From the NCBI GenBank assembly GCA_963665295.1, contig OY762209.1, positions 2,368,001 through 2,432,000 of the forward strand: a DNA stretch of 64,000 nt, in the 5' to 3' direction. Every line of letters starts with the position of its first letter. Within the stretch, counting starts at the first letter, position 1. The notes under the pieces are model-generated. The model saw only the letters and a program-made list of their open reading frames with translations. It made no database searches and was not told the origin of the DNA. Shown here in pieces: positions 56,873-64,000 of this stretch. Source of the DNA: Syntrophorhabdaceae bacterium (GTDB taxonomy: Bacteria > Desulfobacterota > Syntrophorhabdia > Syntrophorhabdales > Syntrophorhabdaceae). The translations under genes were made by a program, and so were the position numbers.

Positions 56873-58900
56873 TCACGATCTTTCGTCCAGTGTAAGGCGT
56901 ATTACCTTCGCAAGTTCATGCTTTGCCATGGGCTTCATGATGAAACCCCGGATGCCCGACAGCCTTGCGGTCTCGGCTGAAACCTCGTGACTGTAGCCGG
57001 TACAAAGGATAACAGGCAGGTCCGGCCTGATTTTCAGGAAGTCGCCGGCGAGATCGAGACCCGTGACCTCGGGCATGGTGTGGTCCGTGAATACGAGGTC
57101 GAACCTTGCGGGATCACTGGAAAAGGATTCCAGCGCTTCCATGCCGTCGGTCATGGCCGTCACCTGATACCCCAGTCTTTCCAGCACCTCCTTGCCCCAC
57201 CGCGCGAGGACCTCTTCGTCGTCGATAAAGAGGATATGCTCTGTGCCGCCCGGGGTCTCGTCCATGGTGACGGGTATAGGGGTATGGTTCTCCATCAACC
57301 TGGGAATATAGACGTGGAATGAGGAGCCTGCGCCCGGGACGCTCTCCACGGTTATTTCCCCGTTAAGGTTTTGTATGATCCCATAGACTACCGCAAGGCC
57401 CATGCCGGTGCCTTCACCCAGCGCTTTCGTGGTAAAGAAGGGCTCGAATATCCTTTCCATGACCCCCGCGTCGATGCCTGTCCCCGTGTCCTGCACGGTG
57501 AGGCGCACGTATTGGCCGGGTAAAATCCGCCGGGCCATTCCCTTGCCGGGTACGCCCTCCGTCCTGGTGAGGGATATGACCAGCCTGCCGCCCTTTAGCC
57601 GCATGGCATGGGCCGCATTGGTGCAGAGGTTCATGAGTACCTCCTGGACTTCCGTAGGGTTGGCGAGGACCACGAGGGGCTGGGGGGCCACCTTCGCCGT
57701 AATGCGCACGGTGGCGGGCAATGACGCGCGAAGCATCTTTACCGTCTCTTTCACGAGGGGCGCGAGTAAGAGAGGCTGTCTCTCGTAGTTGGTCTTTCTG
57801 CAGAACGTAAGGATCTGCTTCACAAGCTCCCGGCCCCTGAACCCGCTCTTGAGCACCAGTTCCAGCCGTTGGCGCTCGGGGCTGTCAAGGGGCATATCTT
57901 CGATCACCATCTCCGTGAAACCGATGATGGCCGCGAGGACATTGTTGAAATCGTGGGCTATGCCGCCCGCCAGGGTGCCCACGGCCTCCATTTTCTGGGC
58001 CTGCCGGAGTTGTTCTTCGAGCCTGCGGTGTTCCGTGACGTCGGTGAGCATGGCAAAGGCGCCATAGGTGTGTCCCTGATCGTCGGTCATGGGACACGCG
58101 GAAACCCGGCAGAGGATAACCTTGCCGTCTTTCTTCCTGAGACGGGCGTAATACTGGTCCCGTATCCCGCTCAGCCTTTCCTCCATGTTCCGCCGTTCCC
58201 CCAGCGTGTCTTCCTCGATGAAAAACCTTGTATAATCCTGCCCCATAAGCTCGTCTGCCGTGTACCCGAGCATTTGGGCCATCTTCCGGTTTACGAAGGT
58301 GATGATCGAGTCGAGGCCAACGGCCCAGATGCCTTCCTCGGCAGTCTCGACAAGACGCCGGTGACGCATTTCGCTGTCCCGCAGGGCCTGTTCCACGCGC
58401 TTCTGCCCGGTGAGGTCGGTGACCGTGAGACAGAGAGCACTTGTACCGCCTTCCAGGGGCATCATGGAGAGGTAGGTCGCTATCTCCTTGTTGTCCGGGG
58501 TCTTCAAGGTGAACTCGCCCCTCGATCCTCCGAGACCGCATCTTTCGGCCATGAGATGAAGAGGCTCCGACTCGACGGGCAGAATAAAGTCATGAAGGGA
58601 CGTGCCTATTATTGTGTTGAGAGGCATGTTGACCATGTCCGCGAAGCGCCGGTTGGCGTAAAGCACCACGCCGTCCCGTGTCATGGTTATGGCGCCTTCG
58701 TTCATGGTCTCAACGAAAGCCCGATACGGCTGTTCGGCGCCGTCAAGGGTGAACACCCGGTGTCCTTCGGGGCCGTCGATGACGAGGGCGTCCACCTCAT
58801 GTACCGAGATAGCCCTCAGTGCATCTTCCGCGTCTTCGAGACGCGTCCTGAGCTGCGTTATTTCCGCTTCCAGGGCTTCGCAGGTCTTTACAGGTTTCAT
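56873..58900 (-). CDS. Hybrid PAS-PAS histidine kinase/receiver
   Basis: AGGIAHDFNN (H box), NLCTNA, DTGTGI, EPFFTTK, GTGMGL; receiver FIDDE, TDHTMP, KP. Confidence 0.95.
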   Translation of the reverse strand: MKPVKTCEALEAEITQLRTRLEDAEDALRAISVHEVDALVIDGPEGHRVFTLDGAEQPYRAFVETMNEGAITMTRDGVVLYANRRFADMVNMPLNTIIGTSLHDFILPVESEPLHLMAERCGLGGSRGEFTLKTPDNKEIATYLSMMPLEGGTSALCLTVTDLTGQKRVEQALRDSEMRHRRLVETAEEGIWAVGLDSIITFVNRKMAQMLGYTADELMGQDYTRFFIEEDTLGERRNMEERLSGIRDQYYARLRKKDGKVILCRVSACPMTDDQGHTYGAFAMLTDVTEHRRLEEQLRQAQKMEAVGTLAGGIAHDFNNVLAAIIGFTEMVIEDMPLDSPERQRLELVLKSGFRGRELVKQILTFCRKTNYERQPLLLAPLVKETVKMLRASLPATVRITAKVAPQPLVVLANPTEVQEVLMNLCTNAAHAMRLKGGRLVISLTRTEGVPGKGMARRILPGQYVRLTVQDTGTGIDAGVMERIFEPFFTTKALGEGTGMGLAVVYGIIQNLNGEITVESVPGAGSSFHVYIPRLMENHTPIPVTMDETPGGTEHILFIDDEEVLARWGKEVLERLGYQVTAMTDGMEALESFSSDPARFDLVFTDHTMPEVTGLDLAGDFLKIRPDLPVILCTGYSHEVSAETARLSGIRGFIMKPMAKHELAKVIRLTLDERS

Positions 58901-59288
58901 GACCGCTCCCGGTGATGGGGCATCAAGCCGTGAACCTCCCGGACGCACGCAGGGATTATGGTTTCAGAACAGGGGTGAGTGAAAGGGGGCGGTCCTCCCT
59001 TTGCGGCCTCGTCGAGTCCTTCAGTTTTTGCTTTGCATCTTTGCAGCCGGATCGACAGGTGCAGCGGGATATTCTTCTGTTTCACGATTTACTCCCCCCT
59101 CAGGCATTGCTGCGTACGAACACAACAAACAATAGAATGCTTAGCCGTTTGGCAGAACAGCCCAAAATAAACCGTATTCAACAAGTCTACACCCCAAAAA
59201 TAGCATTTGTAAAGGGTAAAACGACCTAATTTTACAGGATAAAAGGAAAATAGGCGTCATAGGGTGAGGCGAAGCCCGTAAAAACAAA

Positions 59289-59317
59289 CAAGGGGCAGGA
59301 TGTCATCCTGCCCCTTG
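59289..59317 (-). terminator. Rho-independent terminator of dnaK-lon
   Basis: 13-bp perfect stem CAAGGGGCAGGAT/ATCCTGCCCCTTG followed by TTTGTTTTT on the minus strand. Confidence 0.85.
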
Positions 59318-59383
59318 ATGTGTGTCAAAGTGTCCTTGCCGCCGTTAGTCGATCGACCGGCGGTCTCATGCTCTACAAATGCG

Positions 59384-61738
59384 TCATACCTCGGTGAGGC
59401 AGAACTTTACCGCCTCCTCCATCTTTTCCATGAACTTGAATTCCATGTTCTCTTTGATGCTCTCCGGCACCTCTTCCAGGTCCTTTTCGTTCATCTTGGG
59501 AAGGGCTACGATGTTGATGCCCGCCCGCTTTGCAGCGAGGACCTTCTCTTTTATGCCGCCCACGGGCAGGACGAGGCCTCTCAGGGTTATCTCACCCGTC
59601 ATGGCTACATCGTTCCTTACGTGTTTGTCCGTGAGAAGGGACACGAGAGAGACGAGCATGGTAACGCCCGCCGACGGTCCGTCCTTGGGAATGGCCCCTG
59701 CGGGCACATGAATATGGATGTCGTTCTTCTCGAAGGTCTCCTCGTCGATATTGAAATCACGGGCTTTGCTCCGTATATAGCTCAATGCCGCCTGGGCCGA
59801 TTCTTTCATTACGTCGCCAAGCTGGCCTGTGAGGGTGAGGTTCCCCTTACCCCTCATCTTGGTGGATTCGATAAACAGGATATCGCCGCCTGTAGGCGTC
59901 CATGCGAGTCCCGTGGCCACTCCCGAATACTTCGTCCTTGCCGCGACTTCAGAGAAGAACTTTATGGGACCGAGGTATCCGTGGATGCTCTCCGCGGTGA
60001 TTATCTTCTTCGTGGTTTCGCCTTCCGCCACGTCCCTTGCCACTGCCCTGCAGATAGCGGCGAGTTCCCTTTCCAGGTTCCTCACTCCGGACTCCTTGGT
60101 GTGGGAGCGGATGACCACCTTTATTCCTTCATCGTCAAACTCTATGTGTTCTTCGTTCAGCCCGTGCTCGCCCCTCTCCTTGGGGATGAGAAACTGCTTT
60201 GCGATCATAAGCTTCTCTTCCTCCGTATAACCGGGGAGTTCGAGCACTTCCATCCTGTCCTTGAGGGCAGGCGGAATCGGGTCGAGCATATTCGCCGTGG
60301 CGATGAACATGACCTTCGAGAGGTCGAAGGGCACTTCAAGATAGTGGTCGCTGAAGGAGAAATTCTGCTCAGGGTCCAGTACCTCGAGGAGCGCGCTTGA
60401 CGGGTCCCCACGAAAATCCATACCGATCTTATCCACTTCATCGAGCATGAAGATGGGGTTATTCGACCCCGACTTCTTTATGCCCTGTACTATTCTTCCG
60501 GGCAAGGCCCCCACGTAGGTCCTGCGGTGCCCCCTGATCTCGGCCTCGTCACGTATGCCTCCGAGAGACATGCGCATGAACTTCCTTCCGAGGGCCCTGG
60601 CAATGGACTTGCCGAGGGATGTCTTTCCCACGCCGGGAGGCCCGACGAAGCAGAGGATGGGCCCCTTCATGTCCGCCTTGAGCTTCCTTACCGCAAGGTA
60701 TTCGAGGATCCTTTTCTTGACCTTGGCAAGGTCATAATGGTCCTCGTCAAGTATCCTGCTCGCATCCTTTATGTCCAGGTTGTCGTCCGTGGAGAGCGAC
60801 CACGGCAGTTCCGTGAGCCAGTCGAGGTAGGTCCTCGACACGGTGTACTCAGCGGACATGGTGCTCATCTTCGAGAGCCTGTCAAGCTCCTTTTCCGCGA
60901 CTTTCTGGACGTCGGGCGGCATCTTCGCTTCCGTGATCTTCTTCCTTATCTCATCCATTTCCTGGAGCCGGTCGTCCGTCTCCCCGAGTTCTTTCTGGAT
61001 GGCCTTGAGTTGTTCCCTGAGATAATACTCCCTCTGGGTCTTGTCTATGCCTTCCTTCACGTGGGACTGGATCCGGCTGCTCAGTTCAAGGGTCTCCACT
61101 TCCCTGTTCAGGAGGACGGTGACCTTTTTAAGTCTCTCTCTCAGGTCGATCTTTTCGAGTATCTCCTGCTTCTCGGTCACACCGATGTTGATGGTGGACG
61201 CGATGAGGTCGGCGAGATTCCCCGGGTTCTCTATCTTCGTGGCTATCTGCGTGAGCTCCGAAGAGAGGTAAGGCGCCATCTCGATGGCCTTCTTGTAAAG
61301 GTTCTTGAGATTGATGTACATGGCGTCTATCTCGATATCCTTCTGATACTCCTCGAAGATAGGCAGTACTCTCGCGGTCAGGTGGGGTTCCTTTCCGGTG
61401 AACTCGATGAGTTTGAACCTGCAGAGGCCCTGCACCACCACCCTCTGACTCCCGTCCACCATCTTTACCATCTTCATTATGGTAGCTATGGTTCCGATGG
61501 TATAGAGGTCGTCAATGCCGGGATCCTCTATGTCCGGGTTCTTCTGGGTGATGATACCGATCATCTTGTCTTTGTTCATCGCCTCGTCAACGAGACGTAT
61601 GGACCTTTCCCTTCCTACTATGAGAGGCATTACAAGATCAGGGTATGCCACGGTCCCGCGCAAAGGCAGTATGGGGACCTCCGCGGGGATAAACAGCCTG
61701 TCTTTTGCAGCCTTATCGTTCTTAAATCCTATTACCAT
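59384..61738 (-). CDS. lon: ATP-dependent protease La
   Basis: GPPGVGKTS, GHRRTYVGA, PKDGPSAG (catalytic Ser), GGIKEK (catalytic Lys). Confidence 0.98.
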   Translation of the reverse strand: MVIGFKNDKAAKDRLFIPAEVPILPLRGTVAYPDLVMPLIVGRERSIRLVDEAMNKDKMIGIITQKNPDIEDPGIDDLYTIGTIATIMKMVKMVDGSQRVVVQGLCRFKLIEFTGKEPHLTARVLPIFEEYQKDIEIDAMYINLKNLYKKAIEMAPYLSSELTQIATKIENPGNLADLIASTINIGVTEKQEILEKIDLRERLKKVTVLLNREVETLELSSRIQSHVKEGIDKTQREYYLREQLKAIQKELGETDDRLQEMDEIRKKITEAKMPPDVQKVAEKELDRLSKMSTMSAEYTVSRTYLDWLTELPWSLSTDDNLDIKDASRILDEDHYDLAKVKKRILEYLAVRKLKADMKGPILCFVGPPGVGKTSLGKSIARALGRKFMRMSLGGIRDEAEIRGHRRTYVGALPGRIVQGIKKSGSNNPIFMLDEVDKIGMDFRGDPSSALLEVLDPEQNFSFSDHYLEVPFDLSKVMFIATANMLDPIPPALKDRMEVLELPGYTEEEKLMIAKQFLIPKERGEHGLNEEHIEFDDEGIKVVIRSHTKESGVRNLERELAAICRAVARDVAEGETTKKIITAESIHGYLGPIKFFSEVAARTKYSGVATGLAWTPTGGDILFIESTKMRGKGNLTLTGQLGDVMKESAQAALSYIRSKARDFNIDEETFEKNDIHIHVPAGAIPKDGPSAGVTMLVSLVSLLTDKHVRNDVAMTGEITLRGLVLPVGGIKEKVLAAKRAGINIVALPKMNEKDLEEVPESIKENMEFKFMEKMEEAVKFCLTEV

Positions 61739-61747
61739 TCAAACCCC

Positions 61748-63667
61748 CTATTTTTTCACGTCCTCAAACTCGGCATCAACTACGTCATCGTCGCCTCTTG
61801 AGCCTCCCTGGGGTCCGCCTTGTCCGGGACCCTGAGGTCCTCCTTCACCCGGCCCTGAAGTCGTTGAAGTCTTCTTGTAAAGGGTCTCCGCGAGTTTGTG
61901 GGACGCCTTGGTGAGGTCGTCCGACGCCCTCTGGATCCTGTCGGTGTCGCCGCTCTTTATCGCTTCCTTCGCTGCTGTCACGGCATCTTCCACAGGTCTG
62001 ATATCGTCGGCGGTCAGTTTGTCCTTGCTTTCGTTCAGCGTCTTCTCTGTGGTGTATACCAGGTTATCAAGCTGATTTCTCATCTCGATCTCCTGCTTCC
62101 TCTTCTTGTCCTCTTCCGAATGGACTGCCGCGTCATCCACCATCTTCTTGATTTCCTGCTCATTGAGGCCGGTGGATGCCGTTATGGTTATGTTCTGCTC
62201 CTTGCCTGTGGCGATGTCCTTGGCCGCCACATGGAGTATGCCGTTCGCATCTATGTCGAAGGTGACTTCGATCTGAGGTATCCCTCTCGGCGCGGGCGGC
62301 AGGCCTATAAGATGGAACCTGCCCAATGTCCTGTTGTCCCTCGCGAATTCTCTTTCGCCCTGAAGTACGTGTATCTCAACACTGGTCTGACTGTCTTCGG
62401 CAGTGGTGAAAATCTGGCTCTTCTTCGTAGGAATGGTGGTGTTCCTCTCGATGATCTTTGTCATGACCCCGCCCAGGGTTTCAATCCCGAGGGAAAGAGG
62501 GGTAACGTCGAGGAGGAGCACATCCTTTACCTCGCCTGCCAGGACGCCGGCCTGTACTGCCGCGCCGAGGGCAACCACCTCATCCGGGTTAACGCCCCTG
62601 TGAGGTTCCTTGCCGAAGAATTCCTTTACCAGGTCCTGGACCTTCGGGATTCTCGTCGAGCCGCCTACGAGGACGACTTCGTCGATCTGTGAGGCGTTCA
62701 GTTTGGCGTCATCGAGGGCCCTCTTGCACGGTCCCATGGACCTCTGGATAATGTCGTCCGCCAACTGTTCGAGCTCCGACCTTCTCATCCTCATGTTGAG
62801 GTGTTTCGGGCCGGACTGGTCGGCAGTCACGAAGGGCAGGTTTATTTCCGTCTCCATGGTAGTGGAGAGTTCGATCTTCGCCCTTTCCGCGGCCTCTTTC
62901 AGTCTCTGGAGGGCCATCCTGTCCTTGGAGAGGTCTATGCCCTGTTCTTTCATGAACTCGGCCACGATCCAGTCGATGATCTTCTGGTCTATGTCGTCGC
63001 CGCCGAGATGGGTGTCGCCGTTTGTGGACTTCACTTCCACCACGTTGTCTCCCACTTCGAGTATGGAGATATCGAATGTGCCGCCGCCGAAGTCATAGAC
63101 GGCGATTGTCTCGTTTTTCTTCTTGTCGAGACCGTATGCAAGGGCCGATGCAGTCGGTTCGTTGATGATCCTGAGCACGTTCAGAGCGGCGATTCTTCCC
63201 GCATCCTTGGTCGCCTGCCTCTGGGAGTCGTTGAAATAAGCGGGAACGGTCACTACCGCGTCTTCAATGGTCTGGCCCAGATATGCTTCGGCCGATTTTC
63301 TCAATTTCTGGAGGATAAAGGCTGAAATCTCCTGCGGCGTATACTGCTTACCTCTTACGTCAACACGGGCATTGCCTTCCTGGTCTGCTACGACCCTGTA
63401 AGGCACTGTCTTGATCTCCGACTGAACCTCGCTATACCTTCTGCCCATAAATCTTTTGATTGAGAATATGGTGTTCTCCGGGTTGGTAATAGCCTGCCTT
63501 TTTGCGGTCTGGCCTACGAGTATCTGTCCATCCTTCGTAAAGGCGACTACGCTGGGCGTGAGTCGGCTGCCTTCTTCATTGATGATTACTTTCGGATCTC
63601 CGCCTTCCATGACGGCTACTACTGAGTTCGTGGTTCCTAAATCGATTCCGATTACTTTTTTTGCCAT
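61748..63667 (-). CDS. dnaK: Molecular chaperone DnaK
   Basis: [34 protein letters not shown]-terminal DAEFE. Confidence 0.99.
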   Translation of the reverse strand: MAKKVIGIDLGTTNSVVAVMEGGDPKVIINEEGSRLTPSVVAFTKDGQILVGQTAKRQAITNPENTIFSIKRFMGRRYSEVQSEIKTVPYRVVADQEGNARVDVRGKQYTPQEISAFILQKLRKSAEAYLGQTIEDAVVTVPAYFNDSQRQATKDAGRIAALNVLRIINEPTASALAYGLDKKKNETIAVYDFGGGTFDISILEVGDNVVEVKSTNGDTHLGGDDIDQKIIDWIVAEFMKEQGIDLSKDRMALQRLKEAAERAKIELSTTMETEINLPFVTADQSGPKHLNMRMRRSELEQLADDIIQRSMGPCKRALDDAKLNASQIDEVVLVGGSTRIPKVQDLVKEFFGKEPHRGVNPDEVVALGAAVQAGVLAGEVKDVLLLDVTPLSLGIETLGGVMTKIIERNTTIPTKKSQIFTTAEDSQTSVEIHVLQGEREFARDNRTLGRFHLIGLPPAPRGIPQIEVTFDIDANGILHVAAKDIATGKEQNITITASTGLNEQEIKKMVDDAAVHSEEDKKRKQEIEMRNQLDNLVYTTEKTLNESKDKLTADDIRPVEDAVTAAKEAIKSGDTDRIQRASDDLTKASHKLAETLYKKTSTTSGPGEGGPQGPGQGGPQGGSRGDDDVVDAEFEDVKK

Positions 63668-63697
63668 ATACAGCCCCCTCGTTGCTGGATTGAATTT

Positions 63698-64000
63698 TCA
63701 ACTAAATATAATGATTGAAACTCCCATTGTCAATATGATTAGCTTATAAACCATGGAAACCTTTACATTTTTGTAAATAAAGAGCGTCAGGAAAACGATG
63801 AAATTCAGGATAACGATAGTCGCCCCCGTGGGGAGGTCCGCGAGAAAGGAGACAAATATTCCGAGGACCACGGAGACTACCCCTATGAGACCGGCGATAA
63901 TCATGGTGGCCCTGAACCCCTTGGCCAACTGGAGCGCGGTGACCGCAGGAAGCACCAGAAGGGCGGAAATGAGCATGACCCCCACCACGCGCATGGCCAG
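63698..64000 (-). CDS. Metal ABC transporter permease (ZnuB/MntB family), C-terminal part
   Basis: MRVVGVMLISALLVLPAVTA...DLPTGATIV; open to the window edge. Confidence 0.88.
   Translation of the reverse strand: MAMRVVGVMLISALLVLPAVTALQLAKGFRATMIIAGLIGVVSVVLGIFVSFLADLPTGATIVILNFIVFLTLFIYKNVKVSMVYKLIILTMGVSIIIFS
63705..63733 (-). promoter_or_regulatory. sigma70 promoter for dnaK-lon, inside the 3' end of the upstream ORF
   Basis: Minus strand TTGACA-N17-TATATT about 38 nt upstream of the dnaK start. Confidence 0.65.

Noticed and set aside
1..64000. CRISPR array, tRNA, rRNA, prophage genes
   Set aside because: No regularly spaced repeats, cloverleaf/T-loop context, rRNA-like stretches or phage structural genes seen by eye.

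Overview
Bacterial chromosomal window, mostly GC-rich coding DNA. Gene content suggests an anaerobic Desulfobacterota/Syntrophorhabdus-like organism (inference only). Core genes include an ECF transporter, sixA, a flavin oxidoreductase, a PAS/HD-GYP protein, PilZ, def, cysteine synthase, an MBOAT/SGNH pair, a DPE2-type 4-alpha-glucanotransferase, an amino-acid ABC transporter, rlmI, pgm, an RND efflux operon, a hybrid kinase, lon and dnaK. No rRNA, tRNA or CRISPR array was seen. Three things stand out. (1) An AT-richer island (~1.5-4.8 kb) is an integrase-less integron remnant: Pc-like promoter, attI-like core site, one intact cassette with a full attC and a mini-cassette whose attC is cut off at the end of a truncated RAYT/Y1 transposase. 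(2) A candidate RAPP ribosome-arrest leader peptide has Pro-Pro codons complementary to the Shine-Dalgarno of the next secreted-protein gene. (3) Two tandem prokaryotic glutamate-receptor-like channels both replace the TVGYGD filter with a Cys-containing motif. All calls come from motif reading by eye; no database searches or folding programs were run.
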